64,000 bases of DNA from a virus (IMGVR_UViG_2974673715_000001:32001-96000); one strand, 5' to 3'. Shown: positions 9,162 to 17,471, counted from the first letter of the stretch. The notes: generated by a model from the letters alone, not told the origin. Made by a program: numbers and translations.

Positions 9162-9353
9162 ATGTATCTTAAATCTGCTATATTAACTAAAATGCAAAAA
9201 GAACTATTGAAAGATGCTCTATTGGCATACGTTTCAAATTTACAGAAACGATACTATGGGGATAAAATCATTGATGAATCTCTTTATCTAAGTAAGATGA
9301 AAGAAATTCAGAATATTGTTGATGAACTACATTTACAGGAGTTATACACATAA
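9162..9353 (+). CDS. Hypothetical protein
   Basis: Abuts both neighbours. Confidence 0.65.
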   Translation: MYLKSAILTKMQKELLKDALLAYVSNLQKRYYGDKIIDESLYLSKMKEIQNIVDELHLQELYT

Positions 9354-9526
9354 TGTTTCGTAAAGAAATTAAACTATTGAAGCACGCTATCAAGAAAGGT
9401 CAGGAAGACCCATTTCTATACAGCGAAGAGGAGTTTCATAAACTCAAGAAGAAACTTAGGCAACTCAGGGAGTGGAAGAGATCGACTATTATAGCACAGA
9501 AGGGTGGATTTGGATACGAAGTGTGA
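9353..9526 (+). CDS. Hypothetical protein (57 aa, not in ORF track)
   Basis: MFRKEIKLLKHAIKK...GGFGYEV; TAATG coupling; stop lies inside palindrome 2. Confidence 0.7.
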   Translation: MFRKEIKLLKHAIKKGQEDPFLYSEEEFHKLKKKLRQLREWKRSTIIAQKGGFGYEV

Positions 9527-9580
9527 CAGTTAAGTTAGTGTCACAACCCTATTGACATTACTTGTAATATCGTTTATATT
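9522..9580 (+). promoter_or_regulatory. Palindrome-promoter module 2 (with canonical -35)
   Basis: tgtgacagt-taagtt-agtgtcaca; TTGACA 9552-9557, 17-nt spacer, TATATT 9575-9580. Confidence 0.85.
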
Positions 9581-9586
9581 AAGAAT

Positions 9587-9679
9587 GTCGAAACAAACCA
9601 ACGTAAAACTTTCAAGGTAACGGATACCCAGAGGAATACGTTTTTAAGTCGAACTTAAGTAGTTGAGTTTTGTTTCGAC
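9587..9679 (+). ncRNA. Candidate structured RNA or leader (93 nt)
   Basis: Starts at the predicted TSS. Perfect 11-bp closing stem GTCGAAACAAA/TTTGTTTCGAC, inner stem AACGTA/TACGTT, hairpins GGTA-ACGGA-TACC and TTAAGT-CGA-ACTTAA. Confidence 0.6.
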
Positions 9680-9698
9680 CCACCTATTATTTTTTGAC

Positions 9699-10304
9699 AT
9701 GGAAGTCCAAGCACATGGTAACAAATTTGAAGACATTGTAACTCGTGAGAGAACTGGTCTATCAAAGAAAGAATATGATGCTCTAAAGAAGAATGGTTAT
9801 ACCTCATCATTTGATTTATCAAAAGGTCTTAAGGTAGAGTATGATGCTAGTATTAAAACTACTGGCAACAATACTATTTGCTGTTCTGATATTCTCAGAA
9901 TGATGAGACATAATGATTATAGACTAATTGTTGGGTGCTACGATCAAGTAGGAGATCAAAAAATATTTCACACACAATATGAGTTTTTTATTCAACCAAA
10001 AGACTACCTAACTTTATGGGGAGACATGGATTTTCAAAGAGTAGAATTCTTTGTAAACTATGTTAAGAGTATTCCACAGGGAGCAAAAGCAAGAGACGAT
10101 TCTAAATTAGTTAGAGATAATTTGCAAGAAAGTGTATCATGCGATAAAGCATTATATACTATCAATCCAAAGGTAGATAGTAAGAAACAAAGAAGAGTTC
10201 AATGCTCATTAAAACTTGACGAACTAATTGCAAGTGGTGTAGAATATGAAAAGAAAGATATATCTTTAATCCTAGAATCTAAAAAACGTACGTTTAATAA
10301 ATGA
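9699..10304 (+). CDS. Putative restriction-endonuclease-like (PD-(D/E)xK) protein
   Basis: HGNKFE...SSFDL...ASIKTT resembles an E...D...SxK nuclease core; overlaps the MTase start (ATGA-like coupling). Confidence 0.5.
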   Translation: MEVQAHGNKFEDIVTRERTGLSKKEYDALKKNGYTSSFDLSKGLKVEYDASIKTTGNNTICCSDILRMMRHNDYRLIVGCYDQVGDQKIFHTQYEFFIQPKDYLTLWGDMDFQRVEFFVNYVKSIPQGAKARDDSKLVRDNLQESVSCDKALYTINPKVDSKKQRRVQCSLKLDELIASGVEYEKKDISLILESKKRTFNK

Positions 10305-10801
10305 GAGCATTTTGCCCACCAAAAAATACACCTGAGAAAGATATAGTGATGACCCCAGAGTATCTTGCTAAGGAGATCATTAATCATTTCAATCCTACTG
10401 GTAGAATTCTTGACCCTAGTAGAGGAGAAGGTGCATTTTATGATAATTATGATACGGATAATAAAGATTGGTGTGAACTAGGAGAGGGAAGAGATTTCTT
10501 ACAATATCAAAAGAAAGTTGATTGGATTATTACTAATCCGCCTTGGTCTATGATGCAACAATTTTTAGTGCATGGCATGGAAGTGGCGGACAATATTGTA
10601 TATTTAACAACGATCAATCATTATACTACTAAACGTAGAATAAGAGATATGAGAGAATATAACTTTGCAATTAAAGAGATATATAATGTTCCCACACCTA
10701 CAAAACCTTGGCCACAACTAGGGTTTCAACTAGCTGCTGTTCATACACAGAGAGATTATAAAGGAAATATTAAGTTTTCTTATTCCCCTGATCTTTCCTG
10801 A
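10301..10801 (+). CDS. Small amino (probably N6-adenine) DNA methyltransferase
   Basis: Motif I ILDPSRGEGAF, followed by motif IV IITNPPW. Confidence 0.85.
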   Translation: MRAFCPPKNTPEKDIVMTPEYLAKEIINHFNPTGRILDPSRGEGAFYDNYDTDNKDWCELGEGRDFLQYQKKVDWIITNPPWSMMQQFLVHGMEVADNIVYLTTINHYTTKRRIRDMREYNFAIKEIYNVPTPTKPWPQLGFQLAAVHTQRDYKGNIKFSYSPDLS

Positions 10802-10807
10802 TATAAT
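10799..10807 (+). promoter_or_regulatory. Extended -10 promoter TGATATAAT
   Basis: TGn-TATAAT about 70 nt upstream of the ATG at 10879. Confidence 0.5.
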
Positions 10808-10878
10808 ATGACTACATACTTGTGTCAATCCTACGATTGATATTTACCGCCTAATTAGGGCATTACAGATTAACTATT

Positions 10879-12009
10879 ATGAATAGAAACCAGAGACGTA
10901 AGCAACGTGTAGATGTTGCTGATTTATTTTATCTTGAGAAAATTATTTCAATAGATGAGTGGCATGACGAGTGGGAAGTTTGCCCAATACAAAGAGACCA
11001 CGAAGAGAGAGCAAGAAAACCTAAGCACAGAAATAAGTTTTCTACACTAGAATCATCACACTTAGAAGTAGATGGTGCAGTATTAACAAAAGATTGTTAC
11101 GACCCAGAGACGAAAAAGACATACAAAGCAGGAACTAGATTTAAAACTAACGGACATACTAGAGACGCACACTGGTGGTCAGATGATACTGACGATTGGC
11201 AACCCTCACACGTTCGTGTAAAGTATAAAGAACACGAAACAATTAAATCCATATACAAAGAATACTTAATGCACGACAACCCAGATGACGCAGAAATTGC
11301 ATCTGATAGGGTAGATGGTGCGTATCGTGCTGTATTTGGAGAGAGGAATATTGTAATTAAAGATGGTAAGTTGCGTAAAGTTGAACCATTACAACACGCA
11401 GCTTTACTATGTTTTTCTAACAAGTATAACGTCAAGATGAAAACAAATACTGTTAACATCAAGATGTGGGTTAGTGATATTGAAGACGCTGTTTTATGGG
11501 TTCGTAAAGTATATCTTGATTCTGAATTTAATAGTTGGAAGCAAACAACTCTACCACACTATAACCCATTTACTTGGGCATATCTTGTTTCTTATATGAA
11601 GTATAAGGAAGTTCCAGAAGCACTAGAAAAACTAAAGGAATTGATATTCAGAGTATCTAATTATGAAGTGGTAGTTGACCCCTCAAATGGACGTGAAGAT
11701 AGATTTAGTCCTCTAAATGTATTATTGAGAGAGTGGCAACAACTCAAAGCAGGTACGTCAAGGTATGTTCAGACCTCAGCAATGAACGGAAGTTATCCCT
11801 CTAACAATATGAAATCATTTACACTATTGTGTATTGATAAATTTATTGAAGGTAAGTATCTTAGTAAAGATGGTAGCATGAGAGGTGTTAACTGGAAAGC
11901 ATACTTAGAAGAGTGGGAACTTGCTTGGAAAGTAGCACATGGTATGACAGCACCTCACGTTGAGTATGCGACATTACCAATAGAGATGTTCCCCGAAGAC
12001 GAAGACTAG
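10879..12009 (+). CDS. Hypothetical protein, possible ParB/DGQHR-like N-terminal domain
   Basis: CPIQRD...NGHTR resembles the QR...DGQHR signature; weak. Confidence 0.45.
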   Translation: MNRNQRRKQRVDVADLFYLEKIISIDEWHDEWEVCPIQRDHEERARKPKHRNKFSTLESSHLEVDGAVLTKDCYDPETKKTYKAGTRFKTNGHTRDAHWWSDDTDDWQPSHVRVKYKEHETIKSIYKEYLMHDNPDDAEIASDRVDGAYRAVFGERNIVIKDGKLRKVEPLQHAALLCFSNKYNVKMKTNTVNIKMWVSDIEDAVLWVRKVYLDSEFNSWKQTTLPHYNPFTWAYLVSYMKYKEVPEALEKLKELIFRVSNYEVVVDPSNGREDRFSPLNVLLREWQQLKAGTSRYVQTSAMNGSYPSNNMKSFTLLCIDKFIEGKYLSKDGSMRGVNWKAYLEEWELAWKVAHGMTAPHVEYATLPIEMFPEDED

Positions 12010-12064
12010 ACCAGTTAGGATAGTGTCACAACCCCTCGACAGAGGGGTTTTTTTATGCTATACT
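12007..12064 (+). promoter_or_regulatory. Palindrome-promoter module 3
   Basis: tagaccagt-taggat-agtgtcaca; TGCTATACT with -10 at 12059-12064. Confidence 0.75.
12031..12054 (+). terminator. Rho-independent terminator
   Basis: ACCCCTC-GACA-GAGGGGT followed by a T-run. Confidence 0.85.
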
Positions 12065-12084
12065 GATTGTATTGAAAGGTTATT

Positions 12085-13341
12085 ATGCAACTACGTCCAC
12101 ACCAAACAAGAGCATTCAACTCTATGCAAGAGAGTAACAAGGGTCAAATCATTGTTCCTACTGGTGGTGGTAAAACATACATCATGATTGCTGATACTCT
12201 TAAGAGATTCAAGTTACCAGTTGCACAGACTACAGTTGTAGTTGCACCTCGTATCTTACTTGCTAATCAATTGTGTGCAGAGTTCCTAGAGCATAATCTA
12301 GATGGATATTATAATCAAGGTGTTGATGTTGCTCATGTTCACTCAGGAGAGACTCATCACTTCAGCACAACAAATCAATTTGAATTAAATACTTGGGTCA
12401 ACAACAGCAAAAAGCACATTTTGATATTTACCACATATCATTCACTTCAAAAGGTCGTCAATGCAGTTGATGTAGAAGTTGATACTATTTACTTTGATGA
12501 AGCACATAATGGTTGTGGTAAGCACTTCCATATTGCTCTATCTCAAATAGTCCAGTATGCAAAGAGGAGTTATTTCTTTACAGCAACACCTCGCATGGGT
12601 CGTGGTGTATCACTTGACAGAGGTATGAACAACACCGCAGTATATGGTGGTGTATTGGAGAATGTTCCCGCACAGGAACTTATCAAGTCAGGTGCTATTG
12701 TTCCCCCTAAGATTGTTCCCTTTGAGACTCGTAACTCAACCCCTCGTGACAAGTATAATGCTCATGAGATTGATGCTGATAACCTCAGAGATATTATCGA
12801 TACATTTGATGATAGTCAGAACAACAAGATTCTAGTTGCAGCACCTAGTTCAAGAGTCTTGGGTAATATGCTCGGACATACTACTATTCTTGAGTATTTC
12901 AAGGACAATGGATATGACGTTATGCACATCACATCAAAGTTTGGTGCTATCATCAATGGCACAAAAGTTGGTAGAGAAGAGTTTTTTGACACACTCACAA
13001 AGTGGGGTCAGGACGATAGCAAAAGATTTGTTATTTTCCACTATTCAATACTATCTGAAGGTATCAATGTTCCAGGTTTGACTCATACAGTTTTGTTGAG
13101 AAACCTACCTATCATTGAAATGGCACAGACTATTGGTCGTGTCATTCGAGTTCATTCTGATGATCGTAAATCAGTTGCTGATGGTCTCATTCCTGCAGGT
13201 GCATTTCACTTATACAAAAAACAATTTGGACAAGTAAGTGTTCCTACTGGACAAAAACGTGGAGACGCAATTGGTAAAAGATTGCAGAATGTAGTCAATC
13301 AAATTTTTGTTGATGGTGTTCCCCCTATCGCTTATTGCTAA
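12085..13341 (+). CDS. SF2 DEAH helicase (ResIII-like)
   Basis: LRPHQ Q-motif, PTGGGKT, YFDEAH, FTATP, LSEGINV, QTIGRVIR. Confidence 0.9.
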   Translation: MQLRPHQTRAFNSMQESNKGQIIVPTGGGKTYIMIADTLKRFKLPVAQTTVVVAPRILLANQLCAEFLEHNLDGYYNQGVDVAHVHSGETHHFSTTNQFELNTWVNNSKKHILIFTTYHSLQKVVNAVDVEVDTIYFDEAHNGCGKHFHIALSQIVQYAKRSYFFTATPRMGRGVSLDRGMNNTAVYGGVLENVPAQELIKSGAIVPPKIVPFETRNSTPRDKYNAHEIDADNLRDIIDTFDDSQNNKILVAAPSSRVLGNMLGHTTILEYFKDNGYDVMHITSKFGAIINGTKVGREEFFDTLTKWGQDDSKRFVIFHYSILSEGINVPGLTHTVLLRNLPIIEMAQTIGRVIRVHSDDRKSVADGLIPAGAFHLYKKQFGQVSVPTGQKRGDAIGKRLQNVVNQIFVDGVPPIAYC

Positions 13342-14294
13342 TGAAATTAAGACCACAAAAAGATACAATTTTATATGGGGATTGTAGGAATACAATTCCC
13401 ACTATACATGAGAGAGTCCAGATGTGTGTAACTTCCCCCCCTTATTATGGACTAAGGGATTATGGTGGAGAGTCGTCACAAATAGGACAAGAACAAACAC
13501 CCGAAGAATATATTGAAGAACTTGTAAAAGTATTCAGAGAAGTTAAGAATGTTTTGGCAGATGATGGAACTTTATGGTTAAACATAGGGGATAGTTATTA
13601 TAACTATAGACCTGGAAAAGGTCAATCATATCCTAAACAAACAGTATCTAAAACTAAACAAGATTTACCTGATAAATGTAACAAACGAGGTAACAAATTA
13701 GAAGGATTAAAAGAGAAAGACCTTATTGGTATTCCTTGGTTGTTAGCGTTTGCATTACGCAAAGATGGGTGGTATTTAAGACAGGATATTATTTGGCATA
13801 AACCTAATCCAATGCCAGAAAGTGTAAAAGATAGATGCACAAAAGCACATGAATATATTTTCTTATTCTCTAAGAACAAGAAATATTATTATGACAATGA
13901 AGCAATTAAAGAACCTGCAAAAGATTGGGGAACTAGAGATAGAACTAAAGGAAAGTATCATAATAAAGGAACTGGATTAAGTCCTCATACTGGACTCAAT
14001 AAGAGTTATCCTACAAAGAATAAAAGATCAGTATGGTCAGTAACTAATAAACCATATAAGGGAACTCACTTTGCAGTATTTCCCCCTGACTTAATTGAAC
14101 CTTGTATCCTAGCAGGGAGTAAGAAAGGAGATTTAATTCTTGACCCATTTATGGGTAGTGGCACAACAGCAATGGTATCTAAACAATTAGATAGGCATTA
14201 TATTGGTTGTGAATTGCATGAAGAATATAAATCGCTGATAGATTCAAGATTACCAAACACAGCACTTACTGACTTGATGGAATGTGACAGTTAA
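13341..14294 (+). CDS. DNA methyltransferase, beta class (N4-C/N6-A)
   Basis: TSPPY motif IV precedes DPFMGSGTT motif I; TAATG-coupled to the helicase. Confidence 0.92.
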   Translation: MKLRPQKDTILYGDCRNTIPTIHERVQMCVTSPPYYGLRDYGGESSQIGQEQTPEEYIEELVKVFREVKNVLADDGTLWLNIGDSYYNYRPGKGQSYPKQTVSKTKQDLPDKCNKRGNKLEGLKEKDLIGIPWLLAFALRKDGWYLRQDIIWHKPNPMPESVKDRCTKAHEYIFLFSKNKKYYYDNEAIKEPAKDWGTRDRTKGKYHNKGTGLSPHTGLNKSYPTKNKRSVWSVTNKPYKGTHFAVFPPDLIEPCILAGSKKGDLILDPFMGSGTTAMVSKQLDRHYIGCELHEEYKSLIDSRLPNTALTDLMECDS

Positions 14295-14341
14295 CGTACT
14301 GCACACTATCAGTTGCATATGACCCTATAGTCACTTATAGT
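14283..14341 (+). promoter_or_regulatory. Palindrome-promoter module 4
   Basis: tgtgacagt-taacgt-actgcacac; TATAGT 14336-14341. Confidence 0.75.
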
Positions 14342-14365
14342 ATATTCATACAACAGATTTTTATT

Positions 14366-14776
14366 ATGTCAACAAATGCAAGAATCGCACTCAAACTTTC
14401 CGATAAAACTTTTGTTTCAGTTTATCATCATTGGGACGGTTATCCTGAGTGGTTGGGTGTAGTCCTAACTGAACAGTATAACAAACTAGAGTCTGTTATT
14501 GAACTTCTCTCAGGTGGAGACATGAGTTCATGTTGGTCAGATAATGAGTATGATTTCGAGAAAAAGGAATTTGTAAAACGTGACCCTAAACCTACTTACT
14601 ACTCAGAGAGAGGAGAGTCAGCACCCCCTAGAATCGCACACTCAATTACAGAGTTCCTAGATCATTGTGACCAGTGTGGTGGAGAATTCGGTTATGTCTA
14701 TGATAAGGGAGAGTGGTTCGCTTATGAGACTACAGACCGCACTCTAGTTGACATTCCACAGGAGATAGAAGAATGA
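14366..14776 (+). CDS. Conserved phage hypothetical protein
   Basis: MSTNARI...SVYHHWDGYPEWLG...LLSGGDMS. Confidence 0.75.
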   Translation: MSTNARIALKLSDKTFVSVYHHWDGYPEWLGVVLTEQYNKLESVIELLSGGDMSSCWSDNEYDFEKKEFVKRDPKPTYYSERGESAPPRIAHSITEFLDHCDQCGGEFGYVYDKGEWFAYETTDRTLVDIPQEIEE

Positions 14777-14982
14777 AGTTTATAGTAAAAGACATTGAAC
14801 TCTATTTAAGTGAAGTTGGAGACGGAGACCCCGATTTACAATTCACAGATCAAGAAGAGTATGTAATGCACCAAAGATGTCTAGGTAGATGGACAGCAAG
14901 AAATGAAAAACATTTAAAAGAAAGGATTTTTGATTTCATAGGTTATCATGTAGAGTTTATTGACTACGAGGTAAAAGCATGA
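14773..14982 (+). CDS. Hypothetical protein
   Basis: GGAG RBS and ATGA overlap. Confidence 0.7.
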   Translation: MKFIVKDIELYLSEVGDGDPDLQFTDQEEYVMHQRCLGRWTARNEKHLKERIFDFIGYHVEFIDYEVKA

Positions 14983-15140
14983 AAACCTACCCACTTCCGA
15001 AGGTGCTACAGAGACATGGTATTGAAATCATGTTGATGAATGAACAGCAAAGAAAAATCTGGATAGAGGACGTTAAAAAGATACACCCAGATTTTCCGTT
15101 TGACAGCATGGTGTATGACACTCACACTAGTGGCACATAG
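14979..15140 (+). CDS. Hypothetical protein (53 aa, not in track)
   Basis: MKTYPLPKVLQRHG...; GAGG RBS; reads through palindrome 5. Confidence 0.6.
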   Translation: MKTYPLPKVLQRHGIEIMLMNEQQRKIWIEDVKKIHPDFPFDSMVYDTHTSGT

Positions 15141-15172
15141 TTCCCCCATTCCCCTCTATCATACCCTATACT
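15114..15172 (+). promoter_or_regulatory. Palindrome-promoter module 5
   Basis: tatgacact-cacact-agtggcaca; CCCATT; TATACT 15167-15172. Confidence 0.8.
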
Positions 15173-15192
15173 AAGAATAGTTAAAGAAACAA

Positions 15193-15333
15193 ATGCAAAC
15201 CATTCCATTCTACGACTTCCCAAAATCCCCTATTCTCATTCTAGGGTTTTTTGGAATTGTAGTCGCACTCGTCACACTTTACGTTGTTAATGTAAAGTAT
15301 TTCAATAGTCCATTCAACGAGGATAACAACTAA
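15193..15333 (+). CDS. Small single-pass membrane protein (46 aa, not in track)
   Basis: MQTIPFYDFPKSPILILGFFGIVVALVTLYVVNVKYFNSPFNEDNN. Confidence 0.7.
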   Translation: MQTIPFYDFPKSPILILGFFGIVVALVTLYVVNVKYFNSPFNEDNN

Positions 15334-15512
15334 TGCTAGATTTTTTATCAGATGTCTTAGAGGATTTTTGCTCTAAGAATAATCTACCACTCATGAGTGC
15401 AGATGACCTATTATATGCACCTGCATGGTCAGAAATCAATCTTTCTCAACCTCAAAAAAATTGGTTAACCAATTATATTGAAGTGTGGGATATTATCCAA
15501 GAAAATTCTTAA
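15333..15512 (+). CDS. Hypothetical protein (59 aa, not in track)
   Basis: MLDFLSDVLEDFCSKNNLPLMSADDLL...; TAATG coupling. Confidence 0.7.
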   Translation: MLDFLSDVLEDFCSKNNLPLMSADDLLYAPAWSEINLSQPQKNWLTNYIEVWDIIQENS

Positions 15513-15525
15513 GGAGAACTTTATC

Positions 15526-15735
15526 ATGACAACTCAAGAACGTGACAATGCAATTACTCAAATGTCTAAGCACTTGTTTAGTGTGATGCAGACCAGAGTC
15601 AAAGAGGACAGGCATCTAGATGCCCTATCAATTTGCGAGGAGTGGGTAGTAAATGGCAAAGACCCTCAGGACGAGGATACAGAGTTCATTTTTATTCCTA
15701 ACACAACTTTTGGCGATTGGACATGGGAGGTGTGA
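15526..15735 (+). CDS. Hypothetical protein
   Basis: AAGGAG RBS before the ATG at 15526. Confidence 0.7.
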   Translation: MTTQERDNAITQMSKHLFSVMQTRVKEDRHLDALSICEEWVVNGKDPQDEDTEFIFIPNTTFGDWTWEV

Positions 15736-15789
15736 CAGTACGTTTAGTGTCACATAGTTTCCCTATTCATATCCATTACTCACTATAAT
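15731..15789 (+). promoter_or_regulatory. Palindrome-promoter module 6
   Basis: tgtgacagt-acgttt-agtgtcaca; CCCTATT; TATAAT 15784-15789. Confidence 0.85.
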
Positions 15790-15795
15790 AAAGAC

Positions 15796-15957
15796 ATGAA
15801 CAAAACAACACCAAGAGAAAAAACCATTATCAAACTTATGGAAATGGTTATTGACACACTTAAGTATTGTGATGATCTTGATGACCCTGCATTTGCAATG
15901 TATGATGTCATGAGAGACGCAGTTGAAAAAGAAGTTCGCTATCCTATGGAGTTTTAA
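15796..15957 (+). CDS. Hypothetical protein (53 aa, not in track)
   Basis: MNKTTPREKTIIKLMEMVIDTL... Confidence 0.6.
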   Translation: MNKTTPREKTIIKLMEMVIDTLKYCDDLDDPAFAMYDVMRDAVEKEVRYPMEF

Positions 15958-15960
15958 CTA

Positions 15961-16254
15961 ATGAATCAAAACGACAAGAACAAACTTGAAAAATTTGGTA
16001 TGACTCAAAATGAGTTGAATGAACTAAGATACCATTATGTTGACAGATATGTTGAAAATATGTCAACTAAGGATTTAGTCCAGTATGTCTTTGATGATTT
16101 GCTCAATTATGTTCATAATCAACCAGATGCAGAATTTGTTGATGAAGCACAAAACTATTGGGAAGATCACTATGATGATGTTGTTACTGACATCAAAGAG
16201 TATGCTAACAGCGATTTCAAAAAACCTTTAGAGGAGAGAAGAAACAATGACTAG
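15961..16254 (+). CDS. Acidic hypothetical protein
   Basis: ORF with GGAG RBS. Confidence 0.7.
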   Translation: MNQNDKNKLEKFGMTQNELNELRYHYVDRYVENMSTKDLVQYVFDDLLNYVHNQPDAEFVDEAQNYWEDHYDDVVTDIKEYANSDFKKPLEERRNND

Positions 16255-16378
16255 ATCAGAACTAGAAAACAAGATTATCAATTTCGTTTTAGAGAATAAT
16301 CTTGATGCTTCATTTGTGCAACAAACAGAGGGATTAACTTATGTTCGCTTCACAGTAGAAGAGGATTTTGAAGAATGA
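16247..16378 (+). CDS. Hypothetical protein (43 aa, not in track)
   Basis: MTRSELENKIINFV...; GAGGAG RBS. Confidence 0.6.
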   Translation: MTRSELENKIINFVLENNLDASFVQQTEGLTYVRFTVEEDFEE

Positions 16379-16593
16379 TAAAAATTGAATTAACAAAAGG
16401 ACAATTTCAAGAAATCTATGATGCAGTTAGGGATTTACCTGACGAGATCAGAGAAGACTTAAAACTTGATGGGGAAGAACCTGATACAGCACATTTAGAT
16501 TTGTTTAGTGCAGTTGATGAACTTGCAAGAATTGATAAGAGACTCAACAAACAATTTAAGCAAGTAAAACTCAATTCGCCAGATTGGGAGTGA
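16375..16593 (+). CDS. Hypothetical protein
   Basis: ATGA overlap; stop in palindrome 7. Confidence 0.7.
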   Translation: MIKIELTKGQFQEIYDAVRDLPDEIREDLKLDGEEPDTAHLDLFSAVDELARIDKRLNKQFKQVKLNSPDWE

Positions 16594-16647
16594 CAGTTAA
16601 TTATGTGTCACACACTACCACGCATAGGTTACAAAATACCCTATAAT
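16589..16647 (+). promoter_or_regulatory. Palindrome-promoter module 7
   Basis: agtgacagt-taatta-tgtgtcaca; TATAAT 16642-16647. Confidence 0.8.
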
Positions 16648-16673
16648 AAGAATAAGCAAACAAAGAACAAAAA

Positions 16674-16835
16674 ATGATTCCAGAAACATTGCCAGTTCAC
16701 ATGAGTGGAGATCAACTCTACAATATGGTAAAACTCTATGATCTACTCAGAGATATGAGTTTTGAACTCACACCCGAACAGATCGAAGTGTTCGAGAATA
16801 TTCAAGATGCAGAAGTCAACGGAGGATTTTTCTAA
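16674..16835 (+). CDS. Hypothetical protein (53 aa, not in track)
   Basis: MIPETLPVHMSGDQLYNMVKLYDLL... Confidence 0.65.
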   Translation: MIPETLPVHMSGDQLYNMVKLYDLLRDMSFELTPEQIEVFENIQDAEVNGGFF

Positions 16836-17020
16836 TGAAATCATTTACATCAAAAGTTACGATCGTTTTTGATATTAATAATCATGAAGCGAACTCTAAA
16901 GAAGAGTATATCCAAAAGTTAAAAGATCAGTATGAAGAATGTTATGGCATTTACCTACACGATCATGAGATCACAATGATCGAAGAGGAAGAACCAATTA
17001 ATCTTTATCAGGGAGCATAA
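16835..17020 (+). CDS. Hypothetical protein
   Basis: GGAGG RBS; TAATG coupling. Confidence 0.7.
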   Translation: MKSFTSKVTIVFDINNHEANSKEEYIQKLKDQYEECYGIYLHDHEITMIEEEEPINLYQGA

Positions 17021-17202
17021 TGGAAAGTTACTTAAACCTATTTGAGCATATCCCAGAGGACGAGCATTCACATATTTCTAACAAGATATGGGAAGCACTT
17101 GATCGGGCAGGGATTGAACTAAGTCAAGATGCAGAATTATCAATCCGCATTTATGATGATAACTATGAAGGAGAATATGATGGGGAAGAGTATGACAGTT
17201 AA
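17020..17202 (+). CDS. Highly acidic hypothetical protein
   Basis: TAATG coupling; D/E-rich. Confidence 0.7.
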   Translation: MESYLNLFEHIPEDEHSHISNKIWEALDRAGIELSQDAELSIRIYDDNYEGEYDGEEYDS

Positions 17203-17249
17203 ACAAGTGTCACGTACGTTTACCATTCCACTCTATTATCCTTTATAAT
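17191..17249 (+). promoter_or_regulatory. Palindrome-promoter module 8
   Basis: tatgacagt-taaaca-agtgtcacg; CCATT; TATAAT 17244-17249. Confidence 0.8.
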
Positions 17250-17273
17250 AATAGTAATTAAACATTTTTTATT

Positions 17274-17444
17274 ATGATACAGTATTTTATTGAAATCCCA
17301 AATACACCGATCAGAGAACCAGTGAGCGGTTTTTGCTATGACATTCTATATGATATGGCACAACAGTATGGTCATGCAGAATTAGTATGGTATGCTAATA
17401 ATGGCACTAGAATGATACAGGGCATTTATACAGATAAAGATTAA
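17274..17444 (+). CDS. Hypothetical protein (56 aa, not in track)
   Basis: MIQYFIEIPNTPIREPVSGFCYDILYDMAQQYGHAELV... Confidence 0.7.
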   Translation: MIQYFIEIPNTPIREPVSGFCYDILYDMAQQYGHAELVWYANNGTRMIQGIYTDKD

Positions 17445-17471
17445 TTAATTCATTCAAAGGAGATTTTTAAA

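Noticed and set aside
9587-9679. tRNA gene
   Set aside because: No T-loop GTTCRA in the correct position, no cloverleaf spacing and no CCA-type acceptor end
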